A model generated the notes under the pieces. It was not told the origin of the DNA and ran no database searches. It saw only the letters and a list, made by a program, of their open reading frames with translations. From Phycisphaerae bacterium (GTDB lineage: Bacteria > Planctomycetota > Phycisphaerae > UBA1845): DNA of 64,000 nt. A program made the position numbers and the translations under genes. This document shows, piece after piece, positions 1 through 8,545 of the stretch (positions within the stretch are counted from its first letter, which is position 1; each line of letters opens with the position of its first letter). The DNA lies in assembly GCA_029260215.1 (NCBI GenBank), contig JAJDDQ010000075.1, positions 27,127 through 91,126 of the forward strand. The letters are read 5' to 3'.

Positions 1-2
1 AA

Positions 3-725
3 GCCGCTCGCCAGTTCGAGCAGGCCAATCGCAAGATCGGCGAGAATCGTGAAAACGTTCGCGATGAAGTCGTTCGATCTTTTGCAGAATCCAACCCGCG
101 AGCTACGGATGAACAGGTCCAAGCGGCTGTTGACAAGGCGTTCCGAGAAGTTCAAAACCTTGGGGCCGACGTATCCGGCGCGGTCGCCCGAGCCACTGGC
201 CGAGCAGCCCCGTTGTCGGAAGATCAAGAGGCGTTCCTGTCGCGCACGCAGGGTCTGGGTGCGCGACGCAAAGAGGCCGCAAGGGAGCTACAATCGTTCA
301 AGCCCGAAGATACGTTGACCAGTGGGACGCAGTTCATCGACACGGGAACACAAGCGGCGGTGTTGAAGTTTATCGAGCAGTTTTTCAACGAGACCGGGGA
401 GGCCGCGCAGAAGCGAATCGAATCGGCTCAGCGCGTTCTGTTCGAGCAGGGCGGCGGTAAGGCGAAGTTGCCGTTGGCAGACAATATCGTCGCTGGGCTA
501 TCCGGCAATCGCGCCGGGGCTTTTCAACAGAGAATCAAGGATCGGGAGAATTTCGGCGGGCAGGAGCTATTGCAGGCCCTCAAGTTGACCACGGAGCAAA
601 TGAAGATCGTGGCCGGGAACATGGCGGAGTCGTCGAAGGCCCAGAGCGACCTTGACCGGTCGCGGTCCGACAAGATACCGTCCGTTCCCGCCTCCGAGCG
701 CAGGAGCGTTTCGGGCGTTTCGTAG
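3..725 (+). CDS. hypothetical protein, 5'-truncated at window edge (helical, Ala/Gln/Glu-rich)
   Basis: Frame 3 is open from nt 3 to TAG 723-725. The ORF track lists only the part from TTG 213. No catalytic motif recognised. Confidence 0.45.
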   Translation, partial: AARQFEQANRKIGENRENVRDEVVRSFAESNPRATDEQVQAAVDKAFREVQNLGADVSGAVARATGRAAPLSEDQEAFLSRTQGLGARRKEAARELQSFKPEDTLTSGTQFIDTGTQAAVLKFIEQFFNETGEAAQKRIESAQRVLFEQGGGKAKLPLADNIVAGLSGNRAGAFQQRIKDRENFGGQELLQALKLTTEQMKIVAGNMAESSKAQSDLDRSRSDKIPSVPASERRSVSGVS

Positions 726-943
726 TTGCCGCGCGTTGCCGCATTGCCGCGCGCCCGGCCATCGCGAGCCTGCCCGCAGAACGCATGTAAACCCATGATT
801 GAACACCAGTTAAACATCGTTCGACGAACCCCGCCGAATCCATTTCCACTTTACGATTCCCCCCGTTTGGCAACTATTAACCGCGCAACTGCGCAAGCCA
901 AAACCACAAGCCGAATAGCTGTAACCACATACGAATACGAGAC

Positions 944-1333
944 TTACGACAATTCAAGCCGCGCGGCAATTTGGCAATTTTTTTTTGGTTCGTTCAGCCA
1001 AGCGGTTGGAAGTGCGGCGACGGCTAGCGGTATCCAAAGTGGGATGATCATCGCCAAAGGACCAGGTAGCTGCCCAGCCGAAAACGGCTTCCACATCCAT
1101 ACTGAAGCATGCGAACGCCGAAAATACCAATCATCAAGATTCCAGTCTTTGGAGTTTTTGTGAGCGACGAGCACCATGCCGCCTCGCGTAACACCCAACT
1201 CCAACAGACTTCGATTGAGTTGGACGATGCACCCAAAGTGCCAGCGAGCGGACACGGCGATGACCCCCAACAGAAATACGCAAGTCAATAGCCCCACCCA
1301 TTTGGCCCACCTGCGGAATCGTGAACGCTCCAT
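944..1333 (-). CDS. hypothetical membrane protein
   Basis: ATG 1331-1333 (MERSRFRRWAKWVGLLTCVFLLGVIAV...) lies 8 nt downstream of GGGAGG. There are two hydrophobic segments. The longer 188-aa ORF extension is Arg/Pro-rich and looks non-coding. Confidence 0.45.
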   Translation of the reverse strand: MERSRFRRWAKWVGLLTCVFLLGVIAVSARWHFGCIVQLNRSLLELGVTRGGMVLVAHKNSKDWNLDDWYFRRSHASVWMWKPFSAGQLPGPLAMIIPLWIPLAVAALPTAWLNEPKKNCQIAARLELS

Positions 1334-1652
1334 CGACGTACCTCCCTGTGGGTATCTTGGCGGATCGGGGGCGGGTTGTCGCTTTTTTGCTGTGACGGTT
1401 GCCCGGATACTTGGGAATGAAACGGGAACGCAGCTAGAATTGGCGTGACCATTGCGGGAATACGAAGGCCTGCCACGCGGCGGGTTGCGATGAATTGTTC
1501 GTCTTCCCACGGACGAGTTGTGGCTGGACTTTTACGGGTGCAAGGCGCCCGGCAACGCGAGGAGTGGCCACAAACGCTGTACTACACCTGAATCGACGGG
1601 CAACTCGCGGCGCGATCGCGAGATAGGGAATGGACGTCGAATCCGATCGCAT

Positions 1653-1673
1653 GCACCGGTTGAAAACCGGTGC
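1653..1673. repeat. REP-like hairpin, family A (GCACCGGTT-GAA-AACCGGTGC, followed by CACACCG)
   Basis: Perfect 9-bp stem. The 29-mer TGCACCGGTTGAAAACCGGTGCCACACCG is identical at 1652-1680 and 10437-10465. Confidence 0.7.
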
Positions 1674-1727
1674 CACACCGGAAACCGCTGCCTCACGGGA
1701 AGTCTGTGTTCCTTAACGGTCCGTTAG

Positions 1728-1775
1728 GGATCGTAAGCCGGCGCGATCACGCGGGTCATGAAACCCGCGCTGCGA
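1728..1775. repeat. dispersed ~48-nt repeat, family B (GGATCGTAAGCCGGC..GATCAC..GGTCAT..ACCCGCGCTGCGA)
   Basis: About 85-90% identical by eye to 3016-3063. On the minus strand both copies read ..RSAG(F/S)MT(R/S)VI(A/E)PAYDP-stop. Confidence 0.65.
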
Positions 1776-2071
1776 AGTTTCGCGCTGGCGCGGCGAGTAG
1801 ACGCGACTCGGGGTTTCGTCACACGTCAGTCGTTTGGCAAGAGATGAGCGAAGCTGTACCCGTTTGGGAACGGTCGTGGCATCAGGTCAGGATCAATATT
1901 TTATTTCCATTTCGATCATTACGCGGTCGCCCACGGTTGCTCTAGCGAGTCAGGGCAAACGCAGGGCAACCGACCGAGTCGTGATGGTTGATTGGCGTGT
2001 TCGGGGCGATCACGTATCATCCGTAGCTTGACCTGAATTGATCATCTTCGACTTGTTAGGAGATTTGGCTG

Positions 2072-2818
2072 ATGGCCTTAAGTGAGCGACAAACAGCGAT
2101 GTGTAGTGAGAGCAAGTGGGACTTTTCTGATTTGAGCGCACTGTTCCTCAACTGTACGCTCAAAAAGTCACCGGAAAAATCGCACACGCAGGGGCTGATC
2201 GACATATCGGCAGCCATCATGGAAAAGAACGGTGTATCCGTCGAGGTTATCCGACCCGTTGATCACGATATCGCCTACGGTGTCTATGGTGACATGACCA
2301 AGCAAGGGTGGGATCGCGATGATTGGCCTCAGCTGTACACGAAGGTCAAGGCTGCCGAGATTCTCGTGATCACATCGCCCATTTGGTTGGGCGAGAAGTC
2401 GTCGATTTGCACGAAGACCATTGAGCGTTTGTATTCGACCTCGGGCGATCTGAATCAGAATGGCCAATATGCGTATTACGGCAAGATCGGTGGGTGCTTG
2501 ATTACGGGCAACGAAGATGGTGCGAAACACTGCTCGATGAATATTCTTTACTCTCTGCAACACCTTGGCTATGTCATTCCACCACAAGCGGATGCTGGCT
2601 GGCTGGGGGAAGCGGGACCGGGTCCTTCTTACCTCGATGCCGGCTCTGGCGGACCCGAAAACGATTTTACTAACCGCAATACGACGTTCATGACATGGAA
2701 TCTGTTGCATCTTGCGAAAATGATCAAGGACGCCGGCGGCATACCCGCGCACGGGAACCAGCGATCAAAATGGGATGCCGGGTGTCGGTTTGATTACGCA
2801 AATCCCGATTATCGTTGA
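2072..2818 (+). CDS. flavodoxin-like fold NAD(P)H-dependent FMN reductase family protein
   Basis: ATG 2072 follows AGGAGA. Motifs: LNCTLKKSPEKSHT, AEILVITSPIWLGEKSS and GGCLITGNEDGAKH, typical of the NADPH-dependent FMN reductase / flavodoxin_2 fold. Confidence 0.8.
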   Translation: MALSERQTAMCSESKWDFSDLSALFLNCTLKKSPEKSHTQGLIDISAAIMEKNGVSVEVIRPVDHDIAYGVYGDMTKQGWDRDDWPQLYTKVKAAEILVITSPIWLGEKSSICTKTIERLYSTSGDLNQNGQYAYYGKIGGCLITGNEDGAKHCSMNILYSLQHLGYVIPPQADAGWLGEAGPGPSYLDAGSGGPENDFTNRNTTFMTWNLLHLAKMIKDAGGIPAHGNQRSKWDAGCRFDYANPDYR

Positions 2819-2963
2819 CCGGGGTTGGCCAACTCGGGAGGTTGCTGTGCGACGAGCTTTCCAACTACTCGCGGGCTGGTTTGGTCGGGCTTTGATCCGA
2901 TGAGATCGTCAATGCGAAATCAACGAATCCGTGGCGGCACCGGATGACAATGTACGCGAAGAA

Positions 2964-2990
2964 CCGCGCGAACTGAAGTTCGCGGCTCGC
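2964..2990. repeat. dispersed hairpin repeat, family C (CCGCGCGAACT-GA-AGTTCGCGGCTCGC)
   Basis: The 27-mer recurs at 60320-60346 with one mismatch. It contains the 8-bp inverted repeat CGCGAACT/AGTTCGCG. Confidence 0.65.
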
Positions 2991-3011
2991 CGGGAGTTCG
3001 CCGGAACCGCT

Positions 3012-3365
3012 CTACGGATCGTAAGCCGGCTCGATCACACTGGTCATCGAACCCGCGCTGCGATCCAGCAAATCATCTCGGCCAAAGGCGTGTATCTGAT
3101 CGCGTTTGAACTCTGCGCGTTCCTTGGACGTGGTGTCCACCACGGCTCGACCCTCGTTGTCCACCTCCGTGGAAAGCTCGTAGGCCTGCTCGTAGGTAAA
3201 CCCGAACAGCTCACGCAGCATTTTGATGACGTAGGCGTATGTGTGGTCGTCGTCGTCGATCAGCACGACATGAAACGGTGGCAGGATGTAGGGCTTCTCC
3301 TTAAGCTCGGGAAGGAGGGCTACTCCGCCGGACGTCTCTTCTTCGTAATATGAACCGTGACCCAT
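3012..3365 (-). CDS. clpS: ATP-dependent Clp protease adaptor ClpS
   Basis: Core PPFHVVLIDDDDHTYAYVIKMLRELFGFTYEQAYELSTEVDNEGRAVV is a classic ClpS signature. Start chosen at ATG 3363-3365 (MGHGSYYEEE), which avoids overlap with miaB. The last ~16 codons lie in repeat family B. Confidence 0.85.
   Translation of the reverse strand: MGHGSYYEEETSGGVALLPELKEKPYILPPFHVVLIDDDDHTYAYVIKMLRELFGFTYEQAYELSTEVDNEGRAVVDTTSKERAEFKRDQIHAFGRDDLLDRSAGSMTSVIEPAYDP
3016..3063. repeat. dispersed ~48-nt repeat, family B (copy inside the clpS 3' end)
   Basis: Matches 1728-1775 and supplies the clpS C-terminal codons and stop. Confidence 0.65.
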
Positions 3366-3372
3366 TTTTTCG

Positions 3373-4860
3373 CTAGCCTCCGATATTGACGCCGATCGGT
3401 ATCGTTCCCGGCAACCGCTCGCCTTCTCGTCGCTCCACGATTTCACCGTGAAGCGTCAGTGCGGTTGCCCCTGCGATTCTGACGTTGATTAATCGGCCAG
3501 CGAGTCCGATTTCTCCTGAAAAAACTACGATTCGATCCGTCCGCGTGCGCCCGACAAGCTGCGACGAAATTTCCGACGAGATTTCCTCCCCCCGCGTCTG
3601 CTCCGCTTCCTGGGCTTTCATCGCCCGTTTGCTGTAGCCCTCGACCAGAATCTCCACCGTCCGCCCGATAAGTTCGCGGTTGGTGGCCAGCGAAATACGC
3701 TCCTGAACACTCAGTAACTCGATATTGCGAACCCGCTTGACCGCATCCGCCACGTCGTCGACAGCCCGCTTCTCCGCGACGGTGTTGGGCCGCTCCGAAT
3801 ACTTGAAGACAAAAATATTTTTGAAACGCGTGTCCCGGACAAGTTGAACCGTCCGGGCGAATTCCTCATCCGTCTCGCCGCAGAACCCCACGATGAAGTC
3901 GCTGGCCAGCGTCAAGCCAGGTACGAATTCCCGCGCCCGCGCCACCAATTCGACATATTCGCTCACCGAATACTGCCGGCGCATGCGTTTCAAGACCGGG
4001 TCGCTGCCGCTTTGGGCCGGCAGGTGCAGGTATTCGCAAACCTTGGGCAAATCGCGCATGGCCATCAGAATGTCGTCGCCGAAATCGCCCGGATAGCTCG
4101 TCACAAATCGGATGCGCTCGAGGCCGTTAATGTCGTTGAGGCGAGCGAGCAACTCCGAGAACGGCACGCGTTGGCCGTCGTCTTGGTTGATGTAGCTGTT
4201 GACCGTCTGACCCAGCAGCGTGATTTCGAGCGCCCCGCGATCCACGAGCATCTTCGCTTCATCGACGATCTGCCCCGGCGGGCGACTCCGCTCCGGGCCT
4301 CGGGTGAAGGGCACGACGCAAAATGTGCAGAACTTGTCGCAGCCGCGTTGCACACGCACATAGGCCTGTATCGGGTTGCCCACAATACCGGCAGCCCGGG
4401 ACAGATCGAGCGCCTCCACCGAATCGAATTCCAGCGCCCGCTCGATCGGCGTGCTCTTTCGCGACAGGCTTTGCGACAGGGCGATCGACCGCTGCCGCAG
4501 TTCGCGGGCATCCTCGATCATCGCGGGAATCTTGTTCAGCTCCCCAGGCCCACAAATGAGATCGACGTGCGGCATCTTATCGACCAAGCCGTCCGGGTCG
4601 CGCTCAGCCATACACCCGATAATACCGACGATCATGCCGGGATTGTTGAGCTTGGGTTTCTTCAAAGCACCCAATCGCGATAGAACCTTGTTCTCCGCGT
4701 GATCGCGAACGCTGCACGTGTTGATCAGCACCACGTCAGCCGTCGTCATGTCGTCGGTCAGTGCATAGTCGCCCGACGTCAACTGCCCGACGACAAGCTC
4801 GCTGTCGAGCACGTTCATCTGACAGCCCATAGTTTCCATATACAGCGTGCGCTTGCGCAT
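3373..4860 (-). CDS. miaB: tRNA-2-methylthio-N6-dimethylallyladenosine synthase (radical SAM methylthiotransferase MiaB)
   Basis: N-terminal TMGCQMN block, radical SAM CDKFCTFCVVP, and a TRAM-like C-terminus. ATG at 4858-4860 (MRKRTLYMETMGCQMN) is preferred to the TTG at 4884. Confidence 0.93.
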   Translation of the reverse strand: MRKRTLYMETMGCQMNVLDSELVVGQLTSGDYALTDDMTTADVVLINTCSVRDHAENKVLSRLGALKKPKLNNPGMIVGIIGCMAERDPDGLVDKMPHVDLICGPGELNKIPAMIEDARELRQRSIALSQSLSRKSTPIERALEFDSVEALDLSRAAGIVGNPIQAYVRVQRGCDKFCTFCVVPFTRGPERSRPPGQIVDEAKMLVDRGALEITLLGQTVNSYINQDDGQRVPFSELLARLNDINGLERIRFVTSYPGDFGDDILMAMRDLPKVCEYLHLPAQSGSDPVLKRMRRQYSVSEYVELVARAREFVPGLTLASDFIVGFCGETDEEFARTVQLVRDTRFKNIFVFKYSERPNTVAEKRAVDDVADAVKRVRNIELLSVQERISLATNRELIGRTVEILVEGYSKRAMKAQEAEQTRGEEISSEISSQLVGRTRTDRIVVFSGEIGLAGRLINVRIAGATALTLHGEIVERREGERLPGTIPIGVNIGG

Positions 4861-4939
4861 AGGTGTTTTCCCCGAGGTATTCAAGCTGTCATTCTAGGTA
4901 AGGACAGCCCGCGAAACAACGGGCAGCGCAAAGATGTGC

Positions 4940-5521
4940 TCAGTCGCTCAGGCCAAGGACTTCGTCGGCGGCTTGAATCAACTCAGGCAGGGCGAATGGA
5001 TGGGGCATGGCTGCGTCAAAACCGAGCTGACGCATTTCCTCATCGCAGCCGGTCGAAAGATCCTCACAGGCGGCGATCAGCTTGACGCCTTCGCACCCGG
5101 GGATCGAGCGCATGTCCCGGCAGATGCCGCGGGCGTCAACATGCTGCGACACGGTGGCCAGGACCATAACGTCCGGTTTCCACTTCTCAACCGCGACCCC
5201 CGCCTCAAACGGCGAGGCAGCCACACGCACCTCGTAGCCTTCGTCTTCGGGCATCTGCCCGCGCAGCGCGAGCGAGCACTCGTCGAGCACGAGCACACGC
5301 GTCGGCCCCACTTCCAATCCGTTCAGCGGCATTCCGTACGTTTTCATGAAGCGCACAAGCTGATCCACAGGGATGCGCCGATCGCGACTTCCCGGAATGC
5401 GGTAGCCTTGAAGCTGCCCGCCGTCGAACCACTTGGAAACCGTGCGCGGTGCGACGCTGCATATCTTCGCAACCTGGCCTGTGGTCAAGACGTCTTTGGA
5501 TTTCAATACATGGTGCCGCAT
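4940..5521 (-). CDS. excisionase/MerR-type HTH DNA-binding protein fused to an atypical receiver-like domain
   Basis: N-terminus LTTGQVAKICSVAPRTVSKWFDGGQLQGYRIPGSRDRRI is the helix_turn_helix_17-like motif. The C-terminus is CheY-like (VLVLDE...PDVMVLAT...KLIAACED...MPHPF), but the phospho-acceptor Asp, the conserved Thr/Ser and the Lys positions read A, A and H. Confidence 0.7.
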   Translation of the reverse strand: MRHHVLKSKDVLTTGQVAKICSVAPRTVSKWFDGGQLQGYRIPGSRDRRIPVDQLVRFMKTYGMPLNGLEVGPTRVLVLDECSLALRGQMPEDEGYEVRVAASPFEAGVAVEKWKPDVMVLATVSQHVDARGICRDMRSIPGCEGVKLIAACEDLSTGCDEEMRQLGFDAAMPHPFALPELIQAADEVLGLSD

Positions 5522-5869
5522 ACTTGGCACTTTCTATATCCGCCCGGCGGCGCGCCATGCGCCATGAACCCTGAAACACGTCGGAAGCTGTCCCGGATAT
5601 CGGCTCGACCGGCGTCCTCATTCAACACGCATTCAAACACCGACCAATCACGACAGACCTCGGCGGGTGCGATAAACCCGCGTGGTCCCGTAACGCGCAC
5701 AACGTCAAAGACCCTGCACGCCTGCACCGCATCATAGGAATCGATTTTGGCGAATTCAAGACCGTCTTTTGAAACGAAACGTCCGAATCAAGACGACCCC
5801 AGGGCACGGTCCGTTTGCAAATTCCGCCGTCTTCCCGGCAGCCCGCTGAAGAGCACAGGCTTTCCGTGG

Positions 5870-5889
5870 CACCGGCTTCCAAACCGGTG
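5870..5889. repeat. REP-like hairpin, family A variant (GTGG-CACCGG-cttccaaa-CCGGTG)
   Basis: 6-bp stem with the same GTGGCACSGG head as the 10370-10392 copy. Confidence 0.5.
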
Positions 5890-5935
5890 TAAACGATGGT
5901 GTTCAACGTGACAGCGGTTTCTAAGCCAGCGAACA

Positions 5936-5954
5936 CACGGGTTGCAAACCCGTG
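5936..5954. repeat. REP-like hairpin, family A (CACGGGTT-GCA-AACCCGTG, followed by CCACAC)
   Basis: Perfect 8-bp stem. It is the inverse orientation of the 10374-10392 copy. Confidence 0.7.
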
Positions 5955-5982
5955 CCACACTTTTCAACAGCCTGCCGGAGGA

Positions 5983-7023
5983 CTACTTCGCAGGCACCTT
6001 CAGGACCATTCCGATCTTCAACGCAGCCGGATCGTCGCCGATGGCGGCTTTGTTGGCTTCGTACAAGTCCCGCCAGCGCGAACCTTCGCCGTAGTAACGC
6101 ACCGCCATTTGATACAACGTTTCGCCCTCAGCCACCGTGTGCGTGCGCGATGTGGCGACCTTGTTAGCCGCCGGCCTGCGCGTGGGCACGGGTTTCGATG
6201 CAGGCTTCGCCACGGGGGGCAGTTGAACGTCCGGCAGGTTGACGATCGTTCCGACCGCCAGCGTCGTCATGCTGCCCAATTGAGGGTTGGCATCCACGAT
6301 CGGCTTAACGTAGCGGGCGTCGCCGTAGTACCGCCGCGCGAGGTCGATAATACTGTCACCGGGCTGAACCGTGTGTGTTTCCATCGCAGCCGCCGGTGTC
6401 GATTTCGGTCGATTCGCTCCAGCCGTCCGCCCCGAAGCCCCCGTCTGCGCATCGCGCCCGGAAGCCGTCCGAGCCTGCACGCCGGTCGGCTGACTTGTCC
6501 GGGCAGCCGACCCGGAATCCGCCGCCGGTTTCGGTTTTCCATCAACCGCAAAAAGACCGGACATATTCTCTTGCTTCGTCCCCGTTTTAACGGAGGGCTG
6601 GTTCGACGGCTTCGGTTTTGGTGCGAACGACTGTGCCGGATCAGCTTGTGTCCCCGCCCGACGACGCGACGCAGCGGCTTGACGCGATGCCGGCGTATTA
6701 CTGCCCGATCGGCCCCGAATATTCTTGTCGGATTGTGCGGTTTGAGGACGCGTCCGCGGCTCCGACGCATCCGCCGACCGCTTCGCAGACCTGTTCCGCA
6801 TGGGCGAGGAAGACCGTGGCCGACTCCGCTGAGCGTCCTTTGCGACGGGCGTTTTCGCGGTCGATTCAGGCTTCGCCGCTTCGTTCTGTGCAAGTTGCAG
6901 TTGGCCTGAGTCGTCGATCAGCGGAATGTCCGCTTCGGAAGATTGCCCACCCACAAAGTACCAGCCCGCAGCCGCAATCACGACCAGCGATGCCACCAAA
7001 CCAAGCTTAACATCCGTACGCAT
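5983..7023 (-). CDS. LysM domain-containing protein (signal-anchor, Arg/Ser/Pro/Ala-rich linker, two LysM domains)
   Basis: ATG 7021-7023. N-terminal TM segment LGLVASLVVIAAAGWYF. Two LysM units: HTVQPGDSIIDLARRYYGDARYVKPIVDANP...IVNLP and HTVAEGETLYQMAVRYYGEGSRWRDLYEANK...LKVP. Confidence 0.85.
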   Translation of the reverse strand: MRTDVKLGLVASLVVIAAAGWYFVGGQSSEADIPLIDDSGQLQLAQNEAAKPESTAKTPVAKDAQRSRPRSSSPMRNRSAKRSADASEPRTRPQTAQSDKNIRGRSGSNTPASRQAAASRRRAGTQADPAQSFAPKPKPSNQPSVKTGTKQENMSGLFAVDGKPKPAADSGSAARTSQPTGVQARTASGRDAQTGASGRTAGANRPKSTPAAAMETHTVQPGDSIIDLARRYYGDARYVKPIVDANPQLGSMTTLAVGTIVNLPDVQLPPVAKPASKPVPTRRPAANKVATSRTHTVAEGETLYQMAVRYYGEGSRWRDLYEANKAAIGDDPAALKIGMVLKVPAK

Positions 7024-7273
7024 GGAATCCGTCCTTTACGGAAATGACTCGCGTCAATCTCAACCGCCAGCGCTCCCTCGTGGGGGGCGAAAGCCCGCGC
7101 ACGTCGCCGCCCGCGAACGCGCCGCCGCAACGCTCCCGAAGGCCCTTCACGCACGCCGCGATGCTACGACGCGCGAGTCGGTCGGTCAACGTTCACGGTT
7201 TCGGACAGGAGACGGGGGACGTGACAGCATAGGCGGAATTTGAAATCTCTTATCAGAACGGCTGGTACGGGCG

Positions 7274-7292
7274 AAAAAACGTGTAACACGTT
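7274..7292 (-). terminator. weak candidate intrinsic terminator downstream of the 7383-10049 operon
   Basis: The minus strand reads AACGTGTTACACGTT followed by TTTTTT. The stem is short and AT-rich, so the call is weak. Confidence 0.3.
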
Positions 7293-7382
7293 CACGGCTT
7301 GGCCGCACCGAGATCACTCTCCAAATCGCGATTCATCGGCGGACCAATCACGCACGCATTGTCGGAAGCGTCTTCGCCTCCC

Positions 7383-8543
7383 TTATGGCACGGGCGGGGC
7401 TGTTCCGACTGTATCCGAACGACACCACGCACGACTCAGCCAGCGTTGGAACCGTACACCCAGCGCGCAGGCCTGCCAACCGACGTGTCGGGCGGGGTAG
7501 AGTTCGCCCAGGTGACGGCTGTCCGGCAGGAGCACGCGATGGAGATAAGCCAATCGAAACCGCAGCCCCGGCGTGCAGGCCATGTCCACCGCCAACCGGG
7601 CCAGCGGACCGTGCGCGTCGCGCGGAGCCTGCCACAACGCCAACCGATCGCGCCAGCCGCATCGCGCCCGCAGCAACCGTTCGCGGACCGGATCGGGCAA
7701 AACGGGTCCGAAAATAGACTCGCAACGCACCAAGGCGAACCGCCAAGCGTGGGTCAACCGCCACGATGCCAGCGTCTCGACGACATATTCCCAATCAAGA
7801 AAATCAGCGTAACGGGCCAAAAAGCGGTGAATGTCAATCAGCCACAGCGGGCGACCGGCTCCGTGAAACGCGGCGTGACAGCACAGGTGAATCAGCATGT
7901 CCTCCGGAGACGGCGTGAACGCGCGCGATCGCCCTATCGACACAGATCGCGCCCGCCGCCACAGCGCACGCCCGGGAACGATGCGGCTGTAACGCAGCGG
8001 TCGCCACGGACGGACATGAAGGTCCACCCGCGTCCGATTGGAACCTCGGGCCAGGTATTCCCGCTCGTAGTAATAGTCCGGAAAAAAATCGTCGCAAACG
8101 TGACATTGCCCGCGATCGAAGCCAGCCTCTCGCGCGACCCTGTCGAAACGCTGCGTATCCCCCGGCGAAATCAGAATGTCGATGTCCGACATCGGACGGC
8201 ATCCGGGGTCGTCGTACACACTGTGAAGCAGCGCCGCCCCCTTGAGCAACATAATCTTCACGCCCGCAGCCTCACACGCGCGTGCCAACCGCTCGACATC
8301 CTCATGCATGCGCCGATTGCGTGACGCGACATGTGCAGCCTCACGATCGAGTTGGGCGAGAACGTCGCTCGGTGCGGGAATCCCATCGGCGCGAATGCGT
8401 TCCGCCAACAAACCGCACAACCCGCCGTCCCGCGCACGAATGCACAATTGCTCCCACGCCCGACGCTCCGACGCTCCCGGCACGACAGCGCCCGCACCCC
8501 CGGCCAGCAGCGCGGTCAACGCAGAATGCACATCCACCAGCAC
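7383..8543 (-). CDS. nucleotidyltransferase family protein (uncharacterised NTP_transf_5-like)
   Basis: Block IMLLKGAALLHSVYDDPGCRPMSDIDILISPGD, plus a later DLHVRPW. The GTG start at 8543 lies 2 nt after the upstream stop. Confidence 0.75.
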   Translation of the reverse strand: MLVDVHSALTALLAGGAGAVVPGASERRAWEQLCIRARDGGLCGLLAERIRADGIPAPSDVLAQLDREAAHVASRNRRMHEDVERLARACEAAGVKIMLLKGAALLHSVYDDPGCRPMSDIDILISPGDTQRFDRVAREAGFDRGQCHVCDDFFPDYYYEREYLARGSNRTRVDLHVRPWRPLRYSRIVPGRALWRRARSVSIGRSRAFTPSPEDMLIHLCCHAAFHGAGRPLWLIDIHRFLARYADFLDWEYVVETLASWRLTHAWRFALVRCESIFGPVLPDPVRERLLRARCGWRDRLALWQAPRDAHGPLARLAVDMACTPGLRFRLAYLHRVLLPDSRHLGELYPARHVGWQACALGVRFQRWLSRAWCRSDTVGTAPPVP

Positions 8544-8545
8544 GG

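Noticed and set aside
1-725. Phage tape-measure-like or prophage edge at the left end
   Set aside because: The only basis is the helical, Ala/Gln-rich composition of a truncated ORF. No integrase, att-like repeat or other phage gene is visible.
5896-6909. 337-aa plus-strand ORF opposite the LysM gene
   Set aside because: The extremely Arg-rich product (RRxRxR runs) is the mirror of the Ser/Ala/Pro-rich linker of the LysM protein. It has no start context or motifs.
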